From positions 1 to 64,000 of the IMG/VR virus record IMGVR_UViG_3300005805_000045: a stretch of 64,000 nucleotides of DNA. One strand, written 5' to 3'. The position numbers were made by a program, and so were the translations under genes. Shown piece after piece: positions 36,824-46,798 of this stretch (position 1 is its first letter; each line of letters starts with the position of its first letter). Under the pieces are notes generated by a model. The model did no database searches and was not told where the DNA came from. It was given only the letters and a program-made list of their open reading frames with translations. This DNA comes from a virus.

Positions 36824-37341
36824 AGTGCTGCTGGTCCTCTATTGAATGCTACTGGATCTGCTGTTTGTCCTTGATCATAATCTCTGCCATCTTTTCTAAC
36901 TTCAATAAGGAGAGTGAAGACATCATTGGCTTTCATACCATAAGTTGATATGAGAATATCGCCATTTGTGTTTGCTTCAGGATTAGGAAAAGAACCACCA
37001 CCAACACCACCAAGAGGTTCGCCAATAAACTCGAATGAATCGTTGCTTATAACAATGATTTCAGAATTGCTGTCTCCGTGCCACTGCAACTTCATATATC
37101 CAGTTGAATTAGGACCAATTGAAGTTGAACCTTTAATCTTGCTAATTGCTGTTCTGTAATTTGATTTTGGATGTGTATTAGACTGCATGATGTAACCATT
37201 GGCATTTAGTGCATTTGCCAGTGTAGAAACATCAACCAGAGTTGTGTTAGCGAATTGTGTGCCGTCTGAAATACAAATATACTTTAGAAGTGATCTTCTA
37301 TTATTATCAACAATTCTATGTTCTCTTATCAAATTTGCCAT
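36820..37341 (-). CDS. Hypothetical virion protein
   Basis: Head operon, coupled starts and stops. Confidence 0.65.
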   Translation of the reverse strand: MANLIREHRIVDNNRRSLLKYICISDGTQFANTTLVDVSTLANALNANGYIMQSNTHPKSNYRTAISKIKGSTSIGPNSTGYMKLQWHGDSNSEIIVISNDSFEFIGEPLGGVGGGSFPNPEANTNGDILISTYGMKANDVFTLLIEVRKDGRDYDQGQTADPVAFNRGPAAL

Positions 37342-39251
37342 TAGTGGTGCCTTACTGCAAAGTTAATTACTTTTTTGAGAGATGATACATCTTCATTAAT
37401 CATCTTTTCAACTTTTCTTTTATTCTCTTTATTTAGTGATTCGTGAAGATTCATAATTTTCTTAGCAACTCTGTTGTTTACAGTAATTGAAGTTTCTTCG
37501 AATAGAAGGTCTTCTTGTAAATCTTTGTTTTCAGATAGAATCCGAATCTTGTTGAAGTTTGATTGTTCGTTCAAACCTTTCCATAATGTTTCTTGTTCTT
37601 TTCTTGCTTGACCAGTTGCAACTGTACCATATGACTTGGTAGCATTTTGCATAGGATCTATAGTAGGAATTTTGAGTGAAAACTCATATTTTGGTGGTGG
37701 TTTTCTTGGTAATGGTCCAAGACTAGAATCTTTATCTCCTTCTCTACGACGTGGTCTTCGTGGAGAACGATCTTTTGTTTTTTCTTTAGGTTTAGGATTC
37801 TTTGATATGTCTGGAGTTGTAGCTGGTATAATTGCTGGCGCTGCTGCTGGTGCAGTTGCTGGTGCAGCAGCGGATGCCACTTCTGCGGGTGCTTTTGGTG
37901 TTTCTTTAGGTACTTCTTTCTTGTCTGGTAAATCTCTATCAGGATGCTTACCAGGTGAGAAAGAAGGTATCTCTACAGGTGTATCAAGTGGTTTAGTTTC
38001 AGGTTTTGCTGGAATTGTTGGAGCAGAAGGCAAACCAGATGGCAATTTAGACATCTCTGGTGGTATAGGAATTGTTTTCGCATCTTCACCACTACCAGGA
38101 AGTCTTAGAGCTTTTGATGCACCAGGAACTTTTCTTAGTATTTTTCTTGCAGGCTCTTCAAGATAACTTCCAGCTAAGCCAGCCAAAAAGTCTTTAGGAT
38201 TTACACTTCGTAAACCTTTACCAAAACCTTTAAGTCTTTCGGTTGGCGTTACAGCAACGTTTTTATTAGAGGGGGTTCCAAATTTGTTTTTTTCTTTTTC
38301 ACCAATTCCAAAAGATGGTGTCTTTGGTATTTTTTTTTCTTTTGGAAAATAATCTACTGCGGCTTCTTGTTCTCTCATCAGACTTAGTTTGTTTCTAAAT
38401 CTATTTGATGAAGATTCTCCGAACATACGAGGAATAGGTTCAGGACCTGAAGGTTTTGTTGGTTTTGATGGTTTTGGAGAAATTGGAGGACTCTCAGCTG
38501 GAGGTGCTTTAGCACGCCATGCAGCAAAAGCTAATCCTAATTCTTGACCAGTTCTATATGCATTTGGATTCAATTTTCCAAAAAATCCTTTTACTGGTTC
38601 TTTTGATATAACTTCTTTAGCAACTTCTACTCCCTGTCCTGGCATATCATGTTTTTGCTCAAGACCTTTCATAGTACTCATAACTTGTTTTGGCTTATCT
38701 CCACGTTCCCTCATTCGTCTCACAATATCAGCCATTACTCGGCGTCTTTTTTCGTCAATATCACTTTGTTTAGCATATGCTGCTATATCAGGAGGAAGAT
38801 CAGAATATTTGGCTTCGCTAATTTGAACACCTGCTGTATCACTATTAGGACCAAAAGGTATAGAAATATGCTTGTCTAGAGCTTGTGAATAATACAAAGC
38901 AACTTTTTGGTTGTCAGGATACACTCTAATAGCCTTTCTTTTCAAGATTAGAACGGGAGGTGCTTCTTTGTCTGATGGATATCCTTGTGGCATTCTCTTA
39001 TCAAACGCAGTCAGATGGTCTCTTTTAGCTTCTGTTATCTCATCAACAATAACATTGAGACTTTCAAGAAGAACTTTTCTTTCAGCTTCAGTCATTTCAT
39101 TGATGTTTGTTTTAGTCAATGCTCTCTTTATAAGAGGTAATTTTGATTCGTCAAGCAAACCTGATTCAACAAGTTGCGACAATCCACTTACAATATGATT
39201 TTCATCATTCGCATAATTGATTTGTTCTATAATTTGCTTGACTGTTTTCAT
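37341..39251 (-). CDS. Large Pro/Lys-rich putative internal head protein
   Basis: MKTVKQIIE start; several I/L-x-E sites; PPVLILKRKAIRVYPD domain. Confidence 0.65.
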   Translation of the reverse strand: MKTVKQIIEQINYANDENHIVSGLSQLVESGLLDESKLPLIKRALTKTNINEMTEAERKVLLESLNVIVDEITEAKRDHLTAFDKRMPQGYPSDKEAPPVLILKRKAIRVYPDNQKVALYYSQALDKHISIPFGPNSDTAGVQISEAKYSDLPPDIAAYAKQSDIDEKRRRVMADIVRRMRERGDKPKQVMSTMKGLEQKHDMPGQGVEVAKEVISKEPVKGFFGKLNPNAYRTGQELGLAFAAWRAKAPPAESPPISPKPSKPTKPSGPEPIPRMFGESSSNRFRNKLSLMREQEAAVDYFPKEKKIPKTPSFGIGEKEKNKFGTPSNKNVAVTPTERLKGFGKGLRSVNPKDFLAGLAGSYLEEPARKILRKVPGASKALRLPGSGEDAKTIPIPPEMSKLPSGLPSAPTIPAKPETKPLDTPVEIPSFSPGKHPDRDLPDKKEVPKETPKAPAEVASAAAPATAPAAAPAIIPATTPDISKNPKPKEKTKDRSPRRPRRREGDKDSSLGPLPRKPPPKYEFSLKIPTIDPMQNATKSYGTVATGQARKEQETLWKGLNEQSNFNKIRILSENKDLQEDLLFEETSITVNNRVAKKIMNLHESLNKENKRKVEKMINEDVSSLKKVINFAVRHH

Positions 39252-39403
39252 TACTTTTTGTTACCAAAAAAATCATTTGCCATATCGACTTTCATTTCTT
39301 CAAGTTTTCCTGCTGCTTTTTGGGCGAGAGCTTTCTTAAAGTTATCTTTCATTTCATCTAGCTTGCTTTCAGCAATATTAAAAATAGCTTGTTTGACAGA
39401 CAT
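39251..39403 (-). CDS. Prohead core protein gp67-like (50 aa)
   Basis: Below the ORF-track cutoff: MSVKQAIFNIAESKLDEMKDNFKKALAQKAAGKLEEMKVDMANDFFGNKK; AGGAG SD and TATAAATA upstream. Confidence 0.7.
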   Translation of the reverse strand: MSVKQAIFNIAESKLDEMKDNFKKALAQKAAGKLEEMKVDMANDFFGNKK

Positions 39404-39435
39404 GTATTATTCTCCTGATGAATATAATATTTATA

Positions 39436-40293
39436 TTACGTTTTGACTTGACAATCAAAATACAGAACTTCTAGATTCATGCTTCCACTAATAGCATCAC
39501 TACCAACTAGATTAGATGGTCCAGAAACAATTTCTACCTTTGCACCTCTTGGAAGAATGAACTCAAAGTCTTCTGGATTAGAAGAAAAGTCTGCCGCATA
39601 GATACCTTTTGAATTTTTCTTTACAAGTATCTGCATAAGAGCTATTTGATTTCTGCCCGATGCACCAACTTCTTGTTGTGATTGTGCTAGTAGAGAATTG
39701 AGATTTGTTGTCGTATCTCTGTATCCTTTAAATTTGAAAGATACTCCAGGCTGAAAGTCGTTGATATTATAATCAGGACCAATCTTAGTATAAACAATAA
39801 AGTCTAGAGGTGCTCTATTTTTCTTCATAGCTGAGTCAAGTGAAGCGATCATCTCAGGCATAGTATCATCAGGTGATGTTCTTTCAATTTTATTTGCAGG
39901 AACATCTGAAGGTACCGATGCAAGTCTTTTATTGATATCGTAATATCCACCACTTGTGAAAGCATATATAGCATCTAATTCTCTGTCATCGTATTTTTCA
40001 GGAGCATATGCTTGTGTAAGAAATTGATGCATCTGCTCAACTTCAGGAGCAACTGCTGCACTGTATGAACCATAATCATCTGCGCTTTGGGCTTTGAAAG
40101 TGTTAGTTCTTACAGCACGGTTGAATGGTACAAGTCTCTCATTCTGTACGATATGAGTAACTTGATTTGTTTTTGGATCAACATAGCGTCCAAATCCAAC
40201 ATACTTGAGACCAAGAGAAGCTGCTTGCTTTGCTGATGGAGAAGTATCATCTTGCTGAAGGAGTCTATTCAAATCTTCATTGATTCTTGTCAT
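39436..40293 (-). CDS. Alt/VIP2-like ADP-ribosyltransferase-fold protein, divergent active site
   Basis: YAFT...YDINKRL, LDSAM, IVYTK, GYRDTT, EDFEFILPRG. Confidence 0.7.
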   Translation of the reverse strand: MTRINEDLNRLLQQDDTSPSAKQAASLGLKYVGFGRYVDPKTNQVTHIVQNERLVPFNRAVRTNTFKAQSADDYGSYSAAVAPEVEQMHQFLTQAYAPEKYDDRELDAIYAFTSGGYYDINKRLASVPSDVPANKIERTSPDDTMPEMIASLDSAMKKNRAPLDFIVYTKIGPDYNINDFQPGVSFKFKGYRDTTTNLNSLLAQSQQEVGASGRNQIALMQILVKKNSKGIYAADFSSNPEDFEFILPRGAKVEIVSGPSNLVGSDAISGSMNLEVLYFDCQVKT

Positions 40294-41960
40294 TGAACAA
40301 ACTCCACTTCATTAGCCTGCATTTCAAACTTAGATGGTAGCATAGGTGTGCCATCTGGATTCAAAGGATTACCCTGTTCGTCGGTCATAGGTTGCTGCTG
40401 TTGCTGCATCTGTGCTTGTTGTTCAGGTGGTATTGGATTACCATTAGCATCAACAGTACCAGGAGGTGCATTAGCGATTGCTAGTTGCTTCTCTTGTTCC
40501 ATTTGTGCTTGAATTTCTTGTGCTTCATCGTCGTCAATATGAAGAACATTCTTTCTTACCCATTCCATTGAGTAATATCTGCCTACATATGGATCAACAA
40601 GCTGTAGAAGACCAAGTCTGCTTGTGAGTAGTTCACTCTCTTTTAGTTCTGTGAAGTTATTGTCTTTTTGGAAATCGTACCAAATATCTTCTTTGAACTC
40701 TTTCCATTCTTCTTCGGAGCAAATCTTTTTGAGTACAAGCTGAACACGAAGAATATCGTCGAACATAGTAGAAAACTTGTTTCTAAGTCTCTCAACAAAC
40801 TTATTGAATTTTAATTCGTCTCTTGTGATTTCTGTTGTGCGACCAAGAGAGAAACCAGTTTGTTGTTCAAGCCGTGAAACAGGAACACCAAGTGCCTTGA
40901 ATAGTTTTTTCTCAAAGTATTTTACATCTTCCAACTCACCTAGATTTTGACCACCTGGTAGAGTTGTGATTTCTGTTCCTTTGCCACCTTCACGACGGGG
41001 TAGCCAAAAGTCTTCAAGCATTGATAGATGTTTTCTGTCATCTCTAATCTCACCAGTTGTAGAATCATAAACGAGTTTATTGCGATACTTGACCATAATA
41101 TCACGAAGATATTGTTCGGCTTTGATTGTTGGCATGTTACCAACGTCGATATAGAAAATTCTACGTTCAGGTGCTCTTGATAGTCTGTAAATGACTGTAG
41201 CATCTTCAATCATACGAAGCTGATTGAGTGGCTTGATTGCTTTGTGAAGATATGAAAGAACCATTGCTCTTTTGGCATCCATCAAGCCTGAGTTGACGTT
41301 GACGATAGCATCTACAGCAATCTTGGCACCCATGTTGGAATGTGCACCAATAACACCTCTTTCGTTATAGAGGTAATATTCTTTTTGTGTTTTGATAATT
41401 TCCATACCAGTTTTAGGATCACGAGTCTTTTGGATTTCTCGAATCTTTCTGATACGTCTTGGATCAATATATCGTAACTCTTGAATGCCTAGTGCAGGTG
41501 ATGCTTCATCTACAACAAGGTGATAGAAAACTCTTCCGTCAATATACCATCTCCTAAAGATGTCATGACCCATATTCCCAAAGTTCATGAGCTTGAGAAT
41601 GCGATCAAATTCATCTCTGATTTTAGTCTTTACGCTTTCGGAAATTTTTACATCATCTAGATTGATATCAACAGATTTGCCTTTATCATCCATAACGATT
41701 GCTTCATTGACAATTTCGTCAATAGCCGTTTCAAGCTCGGGCTGCATAGACATTTCCCGATATCTTGTGATAAGCTCAATCTCGTTTCTGACAACACCAT
41801 CAAGATCAACATAAGTGCCATAATAAGCACCCGATTGAATAGTAACGGCACCGTCATCGTTTTGAGGAAGAGCAAACGTTTTTTGTGATGGCTCTTGCTG
41901 ATTCTGTTGTTTGTCGTCTTTTTTACGACCAATTTCAAAGCCGAAAAGTGTTACTGCCAC
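40290..41960 (-). CDS. gp20: Portal protein gp20
   Basis: YLHKAIKPLNQLRMIED, RAPERRIFYIDVGN, EDFWLPRREGGKGTEITTLPG. Confidence 0.98.
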   Translation of the reverse strand: MAVTLFGFEIGRKKDDKQQNQQEPSQKTFALPQNDDGAVTIQSGAYYGTYVDLDGVVRNEIELITRYREMSMQPELETAIDEIVNEAIVMDDKGKSVDINLDDVKISESVKTKIRDEFDRILKLMNFGNMGHDIFRRWYIDGRVFYHLVVDEASPALGIQELRYIDPRRIRKIREIQKTRDPKTGMEIIKTQKEYYLYNERGVIGAHSNMGAKIAVDAIVNVNSGLMDAKRAMVLSYLHKAIKPLNQLRMIEDATVIYRLSRAPERRIFYIDVGNMPTIKAEQYLRDIMVKYRNKLVYDSTTGEIRDDRKHLSMLEDFWLPRREGGKGTEITTLPGGQNLGELEDVKYFEKKLFKALGVPVSRLEQQTGFSLGRTTEITRDELKFNKFVERLRNKFSTMFDDILRVQLVLKKICSEEEWKEFKEDIWYDFQKDNNFTELKESELLTSRLGLLQLVDPYVGRYYSMEWVRKNVLHIDDDEAQEIQAQMEQEKQLAIANAPPGTVDANGNPIPPEQQAQMQQQQQPMTDEQGNPLNPDGTPMLPSKFEMQANEVEFVQ

Positions 41961-41976
41961 AGGCTATGTTCCTTTC

Positions 41977-42007
41977 AAAATGGGGTGAAGAATGAAATCT
42001 TCACCCC
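41977..42007 (-). terminator. Hairpin/terminator after gp19
   Basis: GGGGTGAAGA...TCTTCACCCC then ATTTT. Confidence 0.7.
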
Positions 42008-42025
42008 TTGAATTATATAGTTATC

Positions 42026-42661
42026 TTAAACCGAGATACCATTGCCTGGTACTAGAGGACTAAATGGTACGTTAGCCGCAACAGCGTCAGTTGTAGGTCC
42101 ATTCAAGCCATCAACGTATTCCCACCACTGATATGCAAATGTTACTGCATATTCTTCAATGGTATCGTTAGCACCCCAATCAAGTTCAATTGGTGAAATA
42201 TCTATTGGAAATAGACCAACAAACTTATATTTTTTGATTACACCGTCTTGACCCAAAGTTCTTGTCTTTGAATACTGTGTGATATAACCATCTTGTTGAT
42301 ATCCGTTATCGCCCTTTTCAAATGCAGGACTACGAAGATTGTTAACATGTGAATTGAGTCCGCTCATCCACTTTTCGAATGCATCACGAATAACGAAATC
42401 TTCATCATTGATTACTGTAACAGTCCATTCAGTGAATTGACGATTACCAGCAAACTTCAATTCACGACCAAAATAGAACTGTGGAATTTGATTCACTGTT
42501 GACCCAGGCAGCTGTGCTGCCCGAGCCATGAATGAAAACTTGTTTTGTGCTGCGTTTCCACCAGTAACACTTGTTGGAAAAGTCAAATCACACTTGAATA
42601 GATTAGGACGTGCACCGTCATAATTCATTTGTGATCTAAATTCTTGTACTCTAAATGCCAT
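42026..42661 (-). CDS. gp19: Tail tube gp19
   Basis: GARPNLF, AQLPGS, GRELKFAG, NDEDF, VTFAYQWW. Confidence 0.96.
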   Translation of the reverse strand: MAFRVQEFRSQMNYDGARPNLFKCDLTFPTSVTGGNAAQNKFSFMARAAQLPGSTVNQIPQFYFGRELKFAGNRQFTEWTVTVINDEDFVIRDAFEKWMSGLNSHVNNLRSPAFEKGDNGYQQDGYITQYSKTRTLGQDGVIKKYKFVGLFPIDISPIELDWGANDTIEEYAVTFAYQWWEYVDGLNGPTTDAVAANVPFSPLVPGNGISV

Positions 42662-42708
42662 TTTATAATACTCCTTTATTTGTTATATTTATCTATCATT
42701 TACGAATC

Positions 42709-44406
42709 TTAGAATCTTCCAACAACTTCTTCGAATGCTACGCCAGTACGAACAGCAATGAAGTTTAGCTGGATAAAGTTGATAGAGCGTGCTGGCTTGA
42801 TATAAATGTCGCCAATAAACTCGTTTCTATCAATAACTTCGGGAGTATTATTTGTGGTATCGCAAACAACACGGAAGTCGTAAATACCACGACGACCTTG
42901 TACGTCACGAAGGAATGGCTCTACAAGTGCAACGAACTGGGCTCTTGTGAACTCATCGTTGAACTCGAATAGTGAGTAACGAGCAGCACGAGCAATTGCT
43001 TTTTCTAGTACGATGAATAGACGACGAACGTTGATGCGATCAAAAGCTGATGGCTTAGCAAGCATTGTTTTGTCGCCAAATAGAACAACACCTTCACCAG
43101 GGAATGAAACGACTGGATTGATGCCATTCTTATAAAGATCGTCTCTGTCACCCTTTTGAGCATTCCAAGCAAGTTTCACAACATTCTTGATCTGACCACG
43201 GTTGAAGCCAGCGGGTGAATACCAAGGATCACGCTCAAAGTCTGTGCGAACACAGAGACCAGCAATATCACCGTTCATTGGTACCCAACGATATACGTTG
43301 TTATATTTGTCGAATTGATATTTCCAGTTGTTGTCCATTACTGCATATGATGTTGAGTTATAAAGATTTCTCTTAGAAACTATATCATCAACTTCATCTC
43401 CACTGTTATTAACAACGTCTTCAAAATCTGGTGATACGAAAACAACACAATCTTTACGTGATTCAGCGATATTATCAATGATATATTCAGAAACAGTTTG
43501 AGAGTGTGCACCAGTTAGAAGTAGAGACACATCAACTTCTTCAGCATTAGAGAACTTGTCATATCCAAGAATAAGATCAGAATCTGTTGGCAGACCATAA
43601 CGACCATTTGCCAATGATGCCGTATAGTTAGTTGCATCTTGCTTAAATGTTGTATTAGATGCTGCTGAACCCCAGTTCATATTAGCTGCTACTTCATCTG
43701 GATGATTCATAATGTAAATGTAACGTGATCGATCATTGATGACGTTAACATAATAGTTTGATGAACCATCGTCATTTGTAGCATTTTGTGCTTTTGAAAG
43801 ATATGGGAATTTTTCTAGAACTGTATTTGCCACACCAGTAAACTTGCCCATTTCGTCAAGAATGATAAGATGCATTTCGTCATTAGCACCATTTACGTTA
43901 GAAGCAAATACTGATGTACCAGGAGCTCCATTAAACTCATCTTGATATGTCCAATCAGCAAATGCTGCTGCGTTGGCAGATGCCCATAGAGAAACTTTCA
44001 GTGAATTGCCAAGTTCACCAGGATATCTGGCTGCAAACTGACCAACTGTGTTAGCTGCTGAAAGATCAAGATAGTTGTATTCATAGTCATCTCTATTTCT
44101 GATCAGAGGAGCAACAGAACCTGAAGTCGCATTGTTTGATGTGGTATTTGATGCTGCCCGAACGACACGAAGATTCCGAGCATAAGAAAGGAAGTTTGCA
44201 CAAGTGAAGAATGATCTAAATGTATTAGCGTCTGGTTTACCGAAAGTGTTCACAAGCTCAACTTCATTACCAACTGACACAATGGTTTGTACAGGACCCC
44301 ATTGAAATGCGCCAACGAAACCGCCTTCAGTTGTACCGACGGCAGGCACAATTGTCGTCAAATCAATTTCAGTGACGTTTACGCCTGGACTCAAGAAAAA
44401 TGGCAT
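42709..44406 (-). CDS. gp18: Tail sheath gp18
   Basis: SPGVNVTEIDLT, PWYSPAGFNRG, FDRINVRRLF, KPARSINFI. Confidence 0.98.
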   Translation of the reverse strand: MPFFLSPGVNVTEIDLTTIVPAVGTTEGGFVGAFQWGPVQTIVSVGNEVELVNTFGKPDANTFRSFFTCANFLSYARNLRVVRAASNTTSNNATSGSVAPLIRNRDDYEYNYLDLSAANTVGQFAARYPGELGNSLKVSLWASANAAAFADWTYQDEFNGAPGTSVFASNVNGANDEMHLIILDEMGKFTGVANTVLEKFPYLSKAQNATNDDGSSNYYVNVINDRSRYIYIMNHPDEVAANMNWGSAASNTTFKQDATNYTASLANGRYGLPTDSDLILGYDKFSNAEEVDVSLLLTGAHSQTVSEYIIDNIAESRKDCVVFVSPDFEDVVNNSGDEVDDIVSKRNLYNSTSYAVMDNNWKYQFDKYNNVYRWVPMNGDIAGLCVRTDFERDPWYSPAGFNRGQIKNVVKLAWNAQKGDRDDLYKNGINPVVSFPGEGVVLFGDKTMLAKPSAFDRINVRRLFIVLEKAIARAARYSLFEFNDEFTRAQFVALVEPFLRDVQGRRGIYDFRVVCDTTNNTPEVIDRNEFIGDIYIKPARSINFIQLNFIAVRTGVAFEEVVGRF

Positions 44407-44475
44407 TTTATCTACTCCTCTAAAGAGTTATTGTTGTTGTTATTGTAAACTATTTAGATTTTTGATGTTTTTTAC

Positions 44476-46152
44476 TTACAGTTTGAACTTGTTACTCAAA
44501 ATATCAAATTCAGTGTTATCAAATACGAATCTATTACCCTTACTGACAATCCATTTTTCTCTAGCATCTTGCTCTGGATCATCAAATGGATCGTCTATTC
44601 CGTTGTCCATTAGACCAAATGGTACAAGTTCTTGATCCATGATGTTCATTTGCTCTTGCTGTAGAGTAGCACGAATGTCTGAATTGATGTTTTCTTTGAA
44701 ATATCTTTGAGACGTGAGCCATCCAAAGTGTACTAGAGTCATGGCCAGATCGTCATTGCTACCTTCTTCAGCGGCAAATGAAGTCTTACTAGCTGAGAAC
44801 GTCATAAGTTCCTGAATCGTGTCATAGTCATTCACAATCAGTTTATCTGATTCCACAAGTGTTTTGAGATTGGCACAACCAATAGCTTTGGTCTGTTTGT
44901 TAGTTTTGAGACCGTAAGCAATCTTCTTTTTGAAGCCTGGAGTATGCTGCTGGCCCTGCTTACCCTTCATTTCAATCTTGATTAGATTTTCGTAAGCTAG
45001 TTCATGATGGATAATATCTGAGACTTGAAGTCCAATAGAGTTGATTTCTACAAGAATGAATGCTTCATTATAATAATGAGCAAACTTGACAATCTCTGTA
45101 GGTAGAAGCAGTGGTGCAATCTTGTTGTTTCGGTACTTGGCTACCAATCTATAAGGCAGTTCTGATACGTCTATAATAGAAAAAGTCGAGTAATCAAGAC
45201 CCTGACCTTCTGCTACGTCTACAGTCATTGTGTATGTTCGACCCTTTTCAGGCTCTTTGTAGATGTCAAGAAACCCATCTTTGCGAAGTGGATTGTGCCA
45301 GACAAGTGATCGTAGCTTAACAGGATGAATCAGTGTGTTAGCAGACCCAATGAACTCGCATTCGAACTCTTGACGAAACTGATCTGGTGACGTGTTTCGA
45401 ATAGTCGTTTCTTTCCAGGCTTCGTCTCTACCAGGAACCATTGACCAGTGAATCTCGATAGGCACATACAGGCTTTTCTTCTCTTGTGCTTCTGTCCACA
45501 TCTTGTAAAAGAGATTAAGTCCATTGGGTGTCGAGACAATGATAACCTTTGTTGTGTTACCAGACGAAATCGTAGGATATGTTGACATGAAGAATGATTC
45601 AGCAATGTTGTTGGGTACGAACGCAAACTCGTCAAGGAAGATGACGTTGAATGATCGACCACGAACAGAGCTACCTGATGTTGAGTCTGCTACTGCTTTT
45701 GAACCGTTAGCTAGTTCAAGTGAACCTTTGTTCCATTCGACAACACCTTGCTTCAGAAAGAATGGAAGATATTCAAATGCCAACTGAAGGCGGCTCATGA
45801 TTTCACGAGCAGTCGATGACTTGTTAGCTAGAATGGCTACATTGACGTTCTGATTGAATAGAATATAATGTAGAAGATATGCAACCGATGTTGTCGTTTT
45901 ACCGACTTGGCGTGGAAGTTTACAGATCGAGAATCGATTTTCATGAAAAGATTTAAGCATATCACGTTGGAAATCCCACATCTCGAAAGGCATCAAGCCT
46001 CTATCGACGTTGACGATTCGCATATAGGTTGTGGCAAAGTAGACAGGATCTTCCGAGCATTTGATAAACTCCTTAATCTCGTGCTCAGTAAAGTTGTGCT
46101 GATAATCTATTCTAGGTAGATTAGGATTGTTGTGATAACCAAAATTAGCCAT
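44476..46152 (-). CDS. gp17: Terminase large subunit gp17
   Basis: PRQVGKTT, FLDEFAF, STPNG, DVAEG, DDLAM. Confidence 0.98.
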   Translation of the reverse strand: MANFGYHNNPNLPRIDYQHNFTEHEIKEFIKCSEDPVYFATTYMRIVNVDRGLMPFEMWDFQRDMLKSFHENRFSICKLPRQVGKTTTSVAYLLHYILFNQNVNVAILANKSSTAREIMSRLQLAFEYLPFFLKQGVVEWNKGSLELANGSKAVADSTSGSSVRGRSFNVIFLDEFAFVPNNIAESFFMSTYPTISSGNTTKVIIVSTPNGLNLFYKMWTEAQEKKSLYVPIEIHWSMVPGRDEAWKETTIRNTSPDQFRQEFECEFIGSANTLIHPVKLRSLVWHNPLRKDGFLDIYKEPEKGRTYTMTVDVAEGQGLDYSTFSIIDVSELPYRLVAKYRNNKIAPLLLPTEIVKFAHYYNEAFILVEINSIGLQVSDIIHHELAYENLIKIEMKGKQGQQHTPGFKKKIAYGLKTNKQTKAIGCANLKTLVESDKLIVNDYDTIQELMTFSASKTSFAAEEGSNDDLAMTLVHFGWLTSQRYFKENINSDIRATLQQEQMNIMDQELVPFGLMDNGIDDPFDDPEQDAREKWIVSKGNRFVFDNTEFDILSNKFKL

Positions 46153-46376
46153 TACTTCTTTTCAATTTTCTTCAGCTTCTTATAGTAGTCAGGGTCTTCT
46201 GATAGGTGCGCCAGAGCGATGTGTCTTGCGACTGATAGCTTGGATGTGTGTTCATGCTCGGTTCTGATGCCCTTTTCAAGCTGACGCTCTATATATTTCT
46301 CCGACACATCATGCTTCTTGGCAAGTGCTGAGATGGACAAAACTCTCTTGTTGAGGAACTGCTTGAAGGTCTTCAT
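46152..46376 (-). CDS. Small conserved phage protein (E-H-E-H...H-L-x-E motif)
   Basis: MKTFKQFL; GIRTEHEHT...IALAHLSEDPDYYKKL. Confidence 0.7.
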   Translation of the reverse strand: MKTFKQFLNKRVLSISALAKKHDVSEKYIERQLEKGIRTEHEHTSKLSVARHIALAHLSEDPDYYKKLKKIEKK

Positions 46377-46798
46377 TTGCTCTGTTCTTTGATCTGCTTG
46401 AGTAGGTCCGCTGTGGTCCCAACGAAGACTGCCTTTTCCACATTGATGGCACCGTCAGGCTGTGACGGTTTGCCCTTGACTTCCTTGAGTTCCTTGGTCT
46501 TCTTTTGAAGCTCATACAGGTCCTTGGTCACGTCGGCAATGGTCTTCATCATGGTGGCATAGACTTCATAGGCACGAGGTGATTCGGCCTCGGAAGCCAG
46601 TTTCTGCATGTCGTCCATAGCAAGATTGCCTTTGCGAATCAACTCACGAAATGTGTTGCGGCTCAACTGATAATCAGATTCTTGATCAGGCAAATTGATT
46701 TCAACTGGCTTATCTTCAATCTTTGCTGGTGGTAATATCTCAACTTGAGATTCGATACCTAATGCTTTTGCTAATGGATCTTTCATAGTATCACTCAT
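46373..46798 (-). CDS. gp16: Terminase small subunit gp16
   Basis: DYQLSR, SPRAYEV, VFVGTTADLLK. Confidence 0.93.
   Translation of the reverse strand: MSDTMKDPLAKALGIESQVEILPPAKIEDKPVEINLPDQESDYQLSRNTFRELIRKGNLAMDDMQKLASEAESPRAYEVYATMMKTIADVTKDLYELQKKTKELKEVKGKPSQPDGAINVEKAVFVGTTADLLKQIKEQSK

Noticed and set aside
40290-40500. Gln/Pro-rich portal C-terminus
   Set aside because: Variable low-complexity tails are ordinary in gp20 homologues
44425-44450. Short (TTG)n run upstream of gp18
   Set aside because: Only about four units in an A/C-rich late leader; not an array
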